From Eledone cirrhosa (Eukaryota): DNA of 64,000 nucleotides. How positions within the stretch are numbered: the stretch's first letter is position 1; every line of letters starts with the position of its first letter. Location: NCBI GenBank assembly GCA_964016885.1, contig OZ024742.1:305598001-305662000 (forward strand), in the 5' to 3' direction. The notes beneath the pieces are model-generated. The model ran no database searches and was not told the origin of the DNA. It saw only the letters and a program-made list of their open reading frames with translations. Below are positions 42,955 through 55,792 of the stretch, piece by piece. The position numbers were made by a program, and so were the translations under genes.

Positions 42955-43285
42955 AAAAAGATGAAATCGAAAATGCAACTGGAGTTTTTTTTTTTAAATA
43001 TATATATTTATTTGGTTTCTTTACCTTTTTCTCACATCTCAGATGTGAGAAAAACCACAGAACCTCCATCTCAACTCTACTTTTGAAAAGCAGAAGAACT
43101 GCGAAACCGGTAAAGGAACCAAATAAATATATATATTTAAAAAAAAAGACTCCAGTTGCAATTTCGATTTCATCTTTTTTACATATATATATATATATAT
43201 ATATATAGGAGTTTATATAGAAAAGGATTCTACAAGAATAGTACTGTTCCATTCACATGCAATTATCAGGAATATACATATATAT
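42712..43285. mobile_element. Composite fold-back of family P2 with a captured 70-bp segment
   Basis: Arms about 42841-43025 / 43109-43285 include internal (TA)n and segment 42851-42920 / 43206-43275. Small central hairpin at 43026-43054. Reverse-complement P2 tail at 42712-42786. Confidence 0.85.
43080..43115 (+). ncRNA. Minimal hammerhead motif (U3:A8 variant, palindromic stem III)
   Basis: CUU-UUGAAAA-GCAG-aagaa-CUGC-GAAA-CCGG-UA^-AAG; ACCGGU is self-complementary. Confidence 0.65.
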
Positions 43286-43304
43286 ATGTATATATATATA
43301 TATA

Positions 43305-43572
43305 AAGAACATTTCGCTCTACATGGCTGAATACAATAAATGTAATCTGAGTTTTTCGAATATTAATAATAACATTCGATTCGTTTGCAATTATGCAAAC
43401 AAGCCTCAATTTTATAGCCATGTCAGTAGAATGAACACTTCATTCTTGCTGTTGTGTTGGCATGTGAACAGAACTGCAGTGTTCATTCTACTGACATGGC
43501 TATAAAATTGAGGCTTGTTTGCATAATTACAAACGAATCGAATGTTATTATTAATATTCGAAAAACTCAGAT

Positions 43573-43576
<4 letters not shown>
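43305..43576. mobile_element. Fold-back family P3: 99-bp arms, 38-nt spacer, 36-nt tail
   Basis: Arms 43341-43439 / 43478-43576 with one mismatch seen. (TA)n flanks. Confidence 0.9.
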
Positions 43577-43608
<32 letters not shown>

Positions 43609-43658
43609 CTTACTTGCTTTTTACCTTGTATATTTATATATATATATTTATACACATA

Positions 43659-43721
<63 letters not shown>

Positions 43722-44180
43722 CATTTATACACATAGTATATATATATATATATATTTATACACATGGTTTATATACATGTATACATATATACAAATGGTT
43801 TTGTGCTGCGGAGTTGCACGAATGTTATAATAGATATTTATACTTCTAGTTAAATATATTTGTTTTCTGGTCTTTTCATCATCTTTAAATGGATGAAACA
43901 CCATTCATCGTTTACATATGATTAAATAGCAGAAATTGAACCTCAGAACCTAAAAAGCGCCTCATTTCATAACATGGTGTAAACACCCAATGTTTACACA
44001 GAACCTCACCAACAAACATTTATATATGTAATGTTAACTAATATTTTCATACAAAGATTGTCTCTCATTTGCAGAGTAAATTGTGTTTTGCTCTCATTGA
44101 TAATATAACAAGGATAGCCATTCTATTTTTATGTGTATGTTTTTGTGTCTTTGCTTGTGTGTGTATATATGTGCATGTAT

Positions 44181-44232
<52 letters not shown>

Positions 44233-45002
44233 ATGTAAGGGCTGGTGTTAATAAAAAGAACCCCATGTACACACACTATATACATACATACACACATACA
44301 TCCACAAACACATATATGCATATAAATAGTTATATATAGTATAATACACAAATTCCACACTTTGTTGATGGCATTTTCTCTCTCTCTCCCCCTCTTTCTC
44401 TCTCTCTTTCTCCATTCCCCCCTCTATCTATCTAACTGCGTCTCTTTCTAAATAGCTATCTCCATTTAGATAGGTAGATATTGTTGGCTATGACATGATT
44501 TTGTTACACGGCAAAGTATAAAGAATGTAAAACAAAAAATATCTTAAACGTGAAAAATAAATAAAGGGCATTGTGATTTTTAACCTCATTTTCACACACC
44601 TCTCAACTTATTCGTAAATTCTCTTGAGAGTTTAACACAACTGTACATATAGTGCTTCAGCAATGCCTGTTATCACCTGGAGTAATGGAGCTAAACATTC
44701 TAACGAATCTTCAAGTACAGACATGGCCGGTTTCATCTGAGTGACTACCATCCTCTGTTCATTACATAAATGCTTATGTACACCGTGAGGTGGAATGGCT
44801 GATGCAGTGCGTGTCAGTGCATTCGACGTCTTGTCCGCTGGGTAGAGATGATATATACTGCCCAGCAAACGGTGTAAAGTGTAACACTCTCTTTGGTCTT
44901 ATTGTCTATTCTTTTTCGCCAATGTTTGTTTTTCAATTTCTGTATATTTCGTTCATCTTTTTAAAAAATACTTTCATTATGTCTGTGCAACAATAAAGAG
45001 AA

Positions 45003-45400
45003 AGATGGGGAACAGCCTATAAGTGGGTCCGGCTAAAGATTGGAGACTGCCTATGTGGGCTGGTTAATGATAGGGTGCAAACTATAAGTGGATCCGTTTA
45101 CAGATAGAATACAGCCTATAAGTAAGCCCAGCTAGAGATAGGGGACAGCCTATAAGTGCATCCTGCTAGAGATAGGGGACAGTTTATATGTGCACTCAGT
45201 GACAGATAGGGTACAGCTTATAAGTGGGCCCGGTAACAGAGAGATTAAAGCGTAGAAGTGGGTCCTGCTACAGATAGGGTACAGTTTATAAGTAAGTCCG
45301 GCGACAGATAGGGTACAGCGTAGAAGTAGGTCCTGCTAGAGATAGGGTACAGCTTATAAGTGGGTCCGGTAACAGAGAGAGTACAGCCTATAAGTGGGGC
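45003..45400. repeat. 34-bp minisatellite, about 12 diverged copies
   Basis: Unit approximately agatagggtacagcctataagtgggtccggtaac. Confidence 0.9.
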
Positions 45401-45639
45401 ATTAAGGTGTTCTCCATTGGACTTGGTCGTCTTCAAATTGTTATATGTCAGATTTGATATAGCATACATGTAACACAATAAGTGATCCATCCATTACTAT
45501 CCTGTTAATTTATTGAATGTCTCTTTTAAGAATGAAAACAGTAATAGGGATAAGAGATTTGAGTGAGATTTTACTGTTATTTCTAGTTGATCTAGCGACT
45601 ATACATGGACGCATTAATTGGTTCAGATATAAGATATAA

Positions 45640-45920
45640 CATCCCAAAGCCGGTAATAGGCCCAAGCGAAATGTAAAATATAAGTCCCCAAATTATGTTT
45701 TAATCACAAGCCAAACGTGAAATGTAGGCTCCCAAAGAAGGTAATTGCCCCAAGCCAGGTATAAAATGTAGGTACCCAAAGCAAGTAATAGATCTTTGTC
45801 AGATGTAAAATGTAAGCCACCAAAACTGGTAACATACCCTAGCCAGGTGCATGATGCTGACCCTCAAAGCAGGTAATAGGCCAATTGCAGGTGTGAAATG
45901 TAGGTAACATTTCAAACTGC
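45640..45920. repeat. About 44-bp old tandem repeat, 6-7 copies
   Basis: cccaaagcaggtaataggcccaagccaggtgtgaaatgtagg-like units at 45643, 45687, 45731, 45775 and onward. Confidence 0.75.
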
Positions 45921-46009
45921 TCAATACATGATTTACGTATGGATTACTAGTATATAGATATAGAAGTAGTGTACTTGATATACTGAACACAACAAAAGAT
46001 GTAGAAATT

Positions 46010-46162
46010 GAGGCAAATCACAATTCAAATCACGCTAAGACCAACTTTGCCTTTCATCTTTCTGGGTCGATAACATTAATTACCAATAAAGAACTGGGGT
46101 CGATATAATGGCCTTCTCCTCCCCACAAATCGCTGGCTTTGTACCCTTAATAAGAAATCATT
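46010..46162 (+). mobile_element. SINE family A, 5'-degenerate
   Basis: aactttgcctttcatctttctgggtcgataa core, about 90 bp upstream of the exon acceptor. Confidence 0.75.
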
Positions 46163-46250
46163 CTTGCCGTCTAATCAATTACTATTTCAGATTAAAAAAT
46201 AAAATATAACAAAAAAGAAAACTAAGTTCTTATTTCTTTTGTCTTTTCAG

Positions 46251-46982
46251 AAGAGGCCCCTGAGTGTGAAAATGGTCCGAGTGTCAGCGTAGGGGTCGGC
46301 GGTGGAGGTGGAGGCGGTGGGGGAAGTGCCACCCCTCCGCTGGGGAGCAAAATAAAAAATAACGGTGCCAGCAGCCCAAGCAACAACAATAGTAACATCA
46401 TCAATAGCAACAGTAACAGTGTAGGTAGCAGCATCAGCAATAACAATATCAACAACAACGGGGCTAACAACAACATCACCACCACGAGTACTACAAACAC
46501 CACCACTCCCAACAACATAACCAACACCACCACCACCACCAACAACAACAACACTAACAACAACAGCAGTAACAATCTGATTAGTACAACTGCTGGAGGT
46601 TGTGTAGGAGGAGTGAATAGTGTTAGTGTTGGCGGTGTTGGCGGCGGCGGCGGTGGTAACGGCAGTAACAGTAGTAATAGTAGTAACAACATTTATCCGG
46701 AAATTTCCATCAAATCTGAATTGCTAGTCGGTGCCGACTTAGGAGGAGGAGGAGGCGGAGGAGGAGGAGGAGTTGGTGGTGGTGGTACAGGAGGAGGTGG
46801 AGGAAGTGAAGGCGGTGGTGGCGGAGGTGGAGGAGGAGGTGGTGGTGGTGGTGGCGGCGGTGGAGGCAGTGGTGGCGAGGAGGAGGAGGAAGACGACGAC
46901 GACGTAGGTATGGACTGTTTCAAGGAAGAGGAATGCGGCCCATTGAACATGAGCAACAAACTAGTTGTCAGCTGCAGTCCCA

Positions 46983-47017
<35 letters not shown>

Positions 47018-47347
47018 CAACAACAACAGCAACAGCAACAACAACATCGAGGAAACGGTGGTACCGGTAGTGGTGCAGTCCTCGGTGCAGCCAGTAATGT
47101 GGCGGTGTTTGGTGCAGGAGGTGCAGTAGGAGTAGTTAGCAGCAATTCGGGAGCTGCTGCTGCTAGTGGTGCTGGCGGTGGCGGCGGCGGTGGCGGAGGA
47201 GGTGGTGGTAATGGCGGCGGTGTCGGTGCTGTGGCGTTGTGCAGCAACGCTACTAGCGGAAGTTCATTTCTAATCGGTGAAGAAACCGTGAAACCATCGG
47301 GAATTAACGAAAGAAAACGAAGAGCAAGTGACGAGATAAGCCTGGAC
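46251..47347 (+). CDS. Internal coding exon (2 nt + 365 codons) of a low-complexity, probably nuclear/transcription-regulatory protein
   Basis: Strong acceptor ttcttatttcttttgtcttttcag| ending at 46250 and donor GAC|gtaagt at 47348. One frame is open throughout (EAPECENGPSVSV...NNN/TTT...YPEISIKSELL...GGG...EEEEEDDDDVGMDCFKEEECGPLNMSNK...Q20...ERKRRASDEISLD). Abrupt GC rise and mixed synonymous codons in the homopolymer runs. Entry is phase 1, exit phase 0. Confidence 0.85.
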
Positions 47348-49540
47348 GTAAGTTTTTCCACTTTCTTCTTCTTCTTCTTCTTCTTCTTCTTCTTCTTCTT
47401 CTTCTTCCATTATTTTACCAAATTTCTTGTTAAAAGTTTCATAAAATATTGATTTGTGTTTGTTTTTATACACTATTGATTATATGTATTTGGCGTAGAC
47501 AGTAGATTTTACTCTTAACATCCTGTAATGATTTTAAAAGAAAATAACTTTAAACGTGTTTGATAATTCAAATATTTATATATAACGTATTTACTAGTGG
47601 ACAGATCTTTGTGAAATTTTCCAGTATTAAAGACTTTAATAGTTAGTGTGTCTTTAATGTTAATATTTTGTACTTTTTAAGAGTATTTTGATAATTTGGT
47701 TTCATGCAGTGCAGGACGTTAAGTGTTAAAGCAACGATTTACCTGAACTTTCTGAAGTCTGGAAAATAATAAAGTTGCAACAAATATGCCACTTACCGAT
47801 TAGAAAATTAGTTGTATGTAATTTGCTAGTATCATGTCATTCTTCTGTAAATCTCAGATGGTATCATTTCTTATATATTGTTTAATATTCTCCGTAAAGT
47901 TTTGTCTTTATAAATTTTCTTCAAATATATGTTTGCCCACTGATATATTTTAGAGAGTATGTAAACCAATATTTTTTTCTATACCACGTGTGTCTATTGT
48001 AAACATTTCAGACACTTTTGATGCCAACAAGGCTAAAACTGGAGCTGGTTCTATGGAACAAGACCAGATATTTTAAAGGGTTACTATTAAATAAAAGTTT
48101 TCGGACATAATTTTAGTAAATCTCTCAAGTAGACACGCACACCCACAAACTTACATACATACATACATGCACACACACATACACACATATACACACACAC
48201 TATCATCGCCATCAGTTGTTTTTACGTCTATTCTTCTATATTGACATGGATTCGACGGAATGTTTGTGGCAATATTTTGTTATCGAATGTCCTTCCTTGC
48301 GCAAATCCTTTATGTCACCTCGAATGATACTCAGTATACGATGTACCTATTCTAAAATTGACACAAGCACGCACATGCACGCACACACACACGCGCGCAC
48401 ACGCACGCGCGCGCACATACACACACACGCACACACACACATATATATATATATATTTACAAAACAAAGCATGTCAACTATGCTGTGCTTGCCATAATCT
48501 ATATGTGTTCTTTGAAACATGTCATGCAGTAACCTATCTTAGTTAAATAACTAAGATATGTTACTTTCGTGAGCTCCTGACTCTAGTTTCACCGTTAATG
48601 TCCCCGGTGATGATAGGTACACCATATTCTGTCCTTTCGTAATCCAGCTTATAAATGTAATACTAGGCGCGAAGTTACTAGCACTCACATTCACACTCTA
48701 ATCTTTGTCTTTTATTCACTTTACATATTATACAATGGATTTTTTTCCTTTGAATCTGACTAGTCACTTAGCAACTCCACTCAGATACTCAGGTTTCATT
48801 TATCTCTCCTCTTCTAGTAACTAGTATATTCCCACACTTCCATGCCCGTAGCTAACCCCTACACACACACTTACAAGATTAGATGTATGGTTCTCTACCA
48901 GCCTGCTTTTTTATTAGCCTTTTTAAAAAGATCATTAACTGTGGCTATCTCACCGGTCCCTGATTCTGGTGTGATTCTGATTCTGGTACAGACGGTTCCT
49001 CCAGACCAAATGATTAAGTAACAAAAACCTAAAATGTGTATGTCTTCAAATCCGGCTTTTTATCGAAAGTGGTACAAAACCTATACATCATAATTCACAA
49101 GATATATATCCAGAAAATTTAGACAAGCAAGTAGGATATAGACCAGTATGCAACCAGGAACATTTTCTAATGTATCTGTTTCTTCTAATTTGAGAGAGAT
49201 ATGGCTGCTATTTCTAGCCAGTCGATCAATGACTTGGAGACTTTCTAATTGAGTTATATTTAGTGACGGTCAGCTAGAGTTGGTAGATTACTATCAGTGT
49301 GATTCCCTTGTATTTACTTTCGTTATGATATTTTGATTGTCGTCCATCTTATAAACAATACTTTCAACATAAAGAAAATGCATTAGCACAAGAAGAATTA
49401 GTAAAAAAAAACAGCATGCTATTAATATACTTAGGTCGATTGCATCAACTCCTTTGTATAAAATCTGGCATTGACTATTTTCAAAACAAATAAATATAGA
49501 GTTCTGTGCAACGCTGTTAACTGAGTAGCATATAATATAA

Positions 49541-49623
49541 TTTTGTCTTTCATCGGGGTCGATAAAATAAAGTATCAGTAATGCACTGGGTAATTGGTGG
49601 CCTTGTGCCAAAAGTAGAAACAA

Positions 49624-49630
<7 letters not shown>
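49541..49630 (+). mobile_element. SINE family A, 3' part
   Basis: ggggtcgataaaataaagtatcagtaatgcactgggtaattg...gtagaaacaataat. Confidence 0.8.
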
Positions 49631-49688
<58 letters not shown>

Positions 49689-49692
<4 letters not shown>

Positions 49693-49827
49693 ATAATAAT
49701 AAAATTGAAGACTAAAATCCAAAGAGAGTGCTCAACCAAAGGAGCCAGATTGACTTTGTTAGTTTCAGAAGATCCCGTTAAGGGTGAAAGCAGCGATTCT
49801 TTGCTTAAACTTTAATCTGTTATTTTA

Positions 49828-49833
<6 letters not shown>
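49689..49833 (+). mobile_element. (TA)n-embedded family P5 (inverted copy 34922-35069)
   Basis: Both ends match the reverse complement of 34922-35069 (gaagactaaaatccaaag; agtttcagaagat.ccgttaagggtgaaagca.cgatt...ctgttattttaataaa). Confidence 0.8.
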
Positions 49834-49857
<24 letters not shown>

Positions 49858-49858
<1 letters not shown>

Positions 49859-50383
49859 ACGAAGGAAATGTGGTAAGGAACCAGGTGGACCATAACGCAC
49901 CAAAGTACTCAATACTTGAGGTAGTAGAGTGGGTAATAGGAACCAGTAAGACCCCGACAGCTGAGCTCAAGCCGTTTCGACGGCTAATTCTGGACTAAAT
50001 GAAAATTTATCCTGGTATTTAAATAGCCGATCTTCTCAAGGGCTAATTCCATATATGGTCAAAGTGACCTACCGTTCTGACTTCCTCCCCCTCCCCCTCC
50101 CCTGTATCTTCTTTGACCTCATGCCCAGCTGTAGCTGGCACTACCAACGCTTGATTGGGTCTACTCCACCCCCTCCCCTCTTTCTCCTACTGGCAGGTTT
50201 AGCCACCATCTCCCCTACTAATTTGCAACCACAGAATTACTACTGATTTTTGACAATCACTTTGACCATATATGGAATTACCCCTTGAGAAGATCGGCTA
50301 TTTAAATACCAGGATAAATTTTCATTTAGTCCAGAATTAGCCGTCGAAACGGCTTGAGCTCAGCTGTCGGGGTCTTACTGGTT

Positions 50384-50388
<5 letters not shown>
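49858..50388. mobile_element. Fold-back family P1: 132-bp arms, 189-nt C-rich spacer, tail
   Basis: Arms 49936-50067 / 50257-50388 with one mismatch seen. The spacer contains tttctcctactggcaggtttagccacc, matching the spacer of the 39.4 kb copy. Confidence 0.95.
50280..50373 (+). ncRNA. Type I hammerhead ribozyme motif (U3:A8 variant); mirror copy on - strand at 49951-50044
   Basis: ACCCC-UUGAGAA-GAuCGGCUA...UAGCCGUC-GAAA-CGGCU-ugagcuc-AGCUG-UC^-GGGGU. It differs from the 39.5 kb copy at the free N7 position and by a G-U wobble. Confidence 0.75.
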
Positions 50389-50442
<54 letters not shown>

Positions 50443-51127
50443 GTGTGTGTGTGTGTGTGTGATATTATAATATATCGATCTATATGTGCGTGTCCAAGTC
50501 TGCATTGAAGTTCGTGTTTGGCAGTTTTACGTCCCGTAATTTTGTGGCTCGAAAAAGAATTAGATGGATAAAATATGTACCAGTTCTTGGTTCGATATAA
50601 TCGACAAAATCAATGCTAAACCGCAGGCTGAAACAAATAAAATAATACACACACACTCACCCCACCTCATATATATATATATATGTATAGCTTAATGGAT
50701 CATAGATAGTCGAATCGAAGGGGTAAAATTTCATGAGACATTGATAGTAAGAAAATATTGACTAGTCGGATGATTTAAACTTTCACGACGAAAAGAGTTA
50801 TGTGTCAGGGAAAGGCTGGTCATTCATTGTTAAATATCTTTGAGCGTGAAGCTGAAAGTAAGAGTGGTCCATCTGATAACGAGTTACTTCCAGCTCTACA
50901 AACAGTTTCAATTTGGAGTAATTTTACATATAAACAGAGGCATGCGCCATTCTAAGTAATAGTTAAATTAAAATAAGAAATATTGTGTGTGCACGTCCGC
51001 GTGTATATGTGAGTGTTCATGTATTTATGTATCGGCGTATATAAAATACATCCACGTGTGTATATATATGTCATATATAGGATATCATCGTTCCACAAAA
51101 ACAGATGTCACTTTCCTTCGATTGAAT

Positions 51128-51251
<124 letters not shown>

Positions 51252-53928
51252 ATATATATATATATATAGACACAAATGCTTGAACATTTATATATGAAAA
51301 TAGTGTTAAAATATAGAACGAAGCAGCTGAGAATTTGTGTGAAAGGTCTCATACTATAATATAAAAGGTCTTGTCAATCCAATGTCAGAAGCATATAGAG
51401 GGGATTAAATATTGATCTGTGTAATGAGTGTCAACATGCTAGTATTGATACTTACTGCTGTACAACTGGCATGTCTCTCTTATGTAATATCGATTGTTTT
51501 AACTCAGCAGTAGCCAACATTTCTTCTGGATTTTCATAACTGTTTAGTCTGAGAGGGAAGTGCAGTGTCCAAGATCATATTCTGGTCCTCTGAGAGAGCA
51601 TGGTTGATACCTTCAAACCGGGGACATGGGCCGAATACTTTCAACAAATTCTACTCCATTAATAACACTGAAGGGTCATTGGTGGTGTTAAGCATGTCAA
51701 GGTTTAAACCTATCAGCCAAAAGCAAAGATCGCAAAGTACCAGAATATACACTCCAAGATATATACCTTAACTCACTATCTATTTTACCAAACACACACC
51801 TCTAGGCTAGTATTTTGTATTATCGATCTCTAAAGGATAAAGTTAAAGTTAATCTTACCGGAATCGAACTCTGAAGGCAGATAACCAGAACAAATACCAC
51901 AATTTACTTTGTTAAAAAGTTACTTTGTTAAAAAGTTTCTCATTCGCCACCGAATTCAAAGTTATATAAAGAAAGTCATTAATGGAATTGTCTCACTTCC
52001 ATTTAATAACACATAATAATATTTTAGCCACACCAGTATAGTGTTTATTTTAGGTTACATAACTGAGGGCTTTACCATTCTATTTTATCTGCAGTTTTGA
52101 CTATAACAGAGGCCTGGACAATTTTTACATTTAAACTTTGATAGCTATAATGCTAAATTGGTGACTTGAATATCATTCCCTGTTAATGCGCTTGGTCTAT
52201 TGAAGTAAGACCCCCTCATAAGAATTGGTGATCTAAATGTATGTGGGTCCCAATTTTGAGAAATAAAAGTCAAGAGAACAATTAGCTAAAAACCACGGGT
52301 ATCTTTATCAGTTCAAGGCTTATATTTGCTAGATTTTCTATCTATATTTGTGGCTTGTCAATAAAAATGTTGTTTTAAATACACCCACACGCACACATCC
52401 ATCCAAACACACACACACGTGCGTGTTGTAAGATTAAAAGAGGTCATATAGCAATGTAGAAGAAAGTTAAACAAAAAGGTGGTAATATATTTTGCTTTTT
52501 ATCTACTATTTGTGTGAATAGTTTTCGTAAAAACTGTTAAGCATGATAAGTACTGACTGTGAAGTATTATACAACAGATGTCGCAATAGAATCACTATAG
52601 CTGTGGCGACGTCAGGTTTTTTCGGCCACCGAACCACCTCCCTACTCACTATTATCGGGACGGTCTTGGCCGCCAGCAGAACTGATTTACAAAAGTTGGA
52701 ATAACAATTTCAATGCCTCTCTCTCAGCTATCAACTGAGGTAACGCTTTCTCCATTCTGTCCACTGAGGCCACGAGACCTTTTGCTTTTAGTGTTCTGCA
52801 CACCAGAAAACATTTCTCCGCACCGTCCGGACATATGTCATTTAAGTAGCAACGTATTATTGGCAGATATCTATTCAATATGCTCAGTGAATTTGTAAGC
52901 GGTGGTTGTAGTATTTTACCTTTACTTTTACACTAGTTGTACTTGACGTTGCAAACAAAACCATGCTATTCCAAGCCACGGGTAATAATGAGGATCGATA
53001 TCCTCACGACACGTTCGCGCTTTGGTGGTTGAAATGCTACAGTTCTATGAGGTTTAAGGTTCGCTTACACTTCATTGTATTTTGAACAAATGTTATTATT
53101 ATACCGCCAGGTTTTCTCATGTCCTGTGTGTAAAATTATGTAGAAAGAATCTCTTCGGAAGCCCGTCGGATAGACTGTAATTTTAAATCAACGGTCCTCC
53201 CTTCTCACACACGGTATCACGCCGAATCTCTGTGGGAATTTCTTTAAGTGGATATGTGTCTGGAATAGTCAGTCACGTAGCCATTAATTTAACCAGCAGA
53301 CCGTTCTTTGAAAATGAGGGAAATCCATTTATTTTTTATTTCTACTTATCACCATTATAAAACTCAAATGAATAAGGAACCAATGATGGAGCCTCTTCGT
53401 GGTTGCCTAACTTGCCAGAAATAGCAGCGAATTCTTCAAACAACACCTGACTGTCTTAATGTATTTGTTGGTGTCCAAAAAGATGGGGTATACATGGTTA
53501 GACGTGGTTAGGTCATAGATTTGTTCGGTTAGGGCTTACCTAAGAGCTGACCAACAACAACAATGAATGACACCCATTTACCTCATTGGTTTGTGTTTTA
53601 TCTTCTGTTGTTTTATTAATAAGACAAGCAAAAATGCTCGGGCCGTTTTCATGGATTGCAAGAATAGGAGGGAGGAATGTATCTGAAAACTAGAGGCGGG
53701 GTTCGAATGCCTGCAACAGAACGGCCCCCAGTCAAGGTACACAAAGGCCAGGTTGGGGCATTATACAGGACAAAGTTTTAGTTTAGATTTATCTATATTT
53801 TACATGGTGGCTACAGGAATAGTTGCTTTATTTTATTAGGACAAGCAAATAGTACTCTATACACGAACAATCTCTCCAGTAAATGAGAATAAACAATGAT
53901 GCATTATTTTTGAGGCTGACAGCTTAAG

Positions 53929-54003
<75 letters not shown>

Positions 54004-54020
54004 TCATAATTATTTTATAA

Positions 54021-54191
54021 AGGCTAAATAATGAGTCTTGTTACTCTGGAGTTTCACCTGCTTCTCGAGCTTGTGAGAAGCAGGTGAAACTCCAGAGTTA
54101 TACTACTCCCTATTTAGACTTAATAGGATGAATATTTAAACAGTACTTCGGTATTGAGTAATATTTTCTCCTCGCCATCAACTACATACGG

Positions 54192-54192
<1 letters not shown>
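54021..54192. mobile_element. Fold-back family P6 (related copy about 10765-10903)
   Basis: Hairpin actctggagtttcacctgcttctc-gagcttgt-gagaagcaggtgaaactccagagt. Shares actct.gagtttcacctg, tgaatatttaaac and caactacatacg with the 10.8 kb copy. Confidence 0.75.
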
Positions 54193-54253
<61 letters not shown>

Positions 54254-54366
54254 ACATACATTCGTGTGTACATACACACACCCATTTATATTTTTTTAAA
54301 GTAAAAATGTGGCAGTGACTTCGAGGTTTCAGCATGGTCGCTTCATACATACATATATATATATAT

Positions 54367-54693
54367 AAAAGATGAAATCGAAAATGCAACTGGAGTCTTA
54401 ATTTTAAAAAAGTATATATATTTATTTGGTTCCTTTACTGGTTTCGCAGTTCTTCTGCTTTTCAAAAGTAGAGTTGAGATGGAGGGTCTGTGGTTTTTAA
54501 ACCACAGACCATCCATCTCAATTCTACTTTTGAAAAGCAGAAGAACTGCGAAACCAGTAAAGGAACCAAATAAATATATATACTTTTTTAAAAATAAGAC
54601 TCCAGTTGCATTTTCCATTTCATCTTTTTTTGTTTATACTTTCACTCGTGTAGGACACCTCGGTTATTTTTCCTCTTGTAAAAAAAAACTCTC

Positions 54694-54698
<5 letters not shown>
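54367..54698. mobile_element. Fold-back family P2: about 130-bp arms plus 70-nt tail
   Basis: Palindrome 54367-54628 centred at ggttt-tt-aaacc (54497-54498). Tail is 54629-54698. (TA)n flanks. Contains CUU-UUGAAAA-GCAG-aagaa-CUGC-GAAA-CcaG-UA^-AAG at 54527-54562. Confidence 0.9.
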
Positions 54699-54731
<33 letters not shown>

Positions 54732-54733
<2 letters not shown>

Positions 54734-55090
54734 GGTGGCTGCCAACTCGTTTTCGAGTACGGCCACTACTTTATATCCATGTAGGAGAACCCCTACCGAT
54801 GCGCTGAACAAGTGTGACTTTTTAGTCCAGCCAGCGAATTGCAAACTCTGGTACAAACACTACATCTGTGACAATTATTGGCACATAGTGCTGGGGGCCC
54901 ATGGTACCATGTGACAAGTGCAGAGAGATCTCCAGATATAAAGCAATGCATGTGCCGTGAAGCGTTTATAGTGAGCAAAGGCACTGCACAAAGCCAGTCC
55001 CACTCTCTTAACCAAGATGATATTTACCTAAAAGAAGAACAAGTCAACATCATTGGATACCATTAGGGTTGCAGGTGTTATATCAGAGTT
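54732..55090 (-). mobile_element. Second, shorter copy of the 24.5 kb repeat
   Basis: Same start (atggtggctgccaactcgttttcgagtacggcc) next to (TA)n; collinear for about 360 bp. Confidence 0.85.
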
Positions 55091-55104
55091 ATATACATAC
55101 ATAC

Positions 55105-55189
<85 letters not shown>

Positions 55190-55634
55190 CATACACCAAG
55201 CACGCGAGCAACACATACTCCCAGTAAACTGGATAAGAGGTCAGGTTATTTGGCAAGTAGACGGATTTCTTTTCAACTTATCAAGTTGCCGAACATTTGT
55301 CCTTAGATGTCCCCCACTACCACCACCAAACACTTTCTCCGTTATTTGCAGCCGAGTGGGGAAGCGCTTGGTATATGTGAGAACTGTAAATGGATAAACA
55401 AAACTTCAAACACATGGTTACCAGCCAGGTGATCTGAACGTGAGAAAATGCTGTCGTTTACCTATATCGAGATATACACCACTTTCTTTCATATCGTTCT
55501 CACTAGACAGACAAAAATTTGTAAAGAATAAGCACCACTCAAACGACTCTTTCTATTTTAACGGTTATATAAAATATGTGTCCCCTTTCTTTCATTTACG
55601 CTTTCATTTATAATCAATATCATAGAACATATAG

Positions 55635-55691
<57 letters not shown>

Positions 55692-55792
55692 CTATATACA
55701 AAAGAACGGCTTAAAATAATTCCTGAATTTCTAGTAGATGATCGATACCTCAGAATGTGGAGCATTTATTTGCGATCGTTTTGGCTAGTGAA

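Noticed and set aside
46222-47361. Antisense poly-Leu/Pro/Cys ORFs
   Set aside because: Shadow of the + strand low-complexity exon, which has the splice signals.
52687-52878. Protein-like minus-strand ORF NRYLPIIRCYL...
   Set aside because: Short, no ATG, no acceptor found and no recognisable motif.
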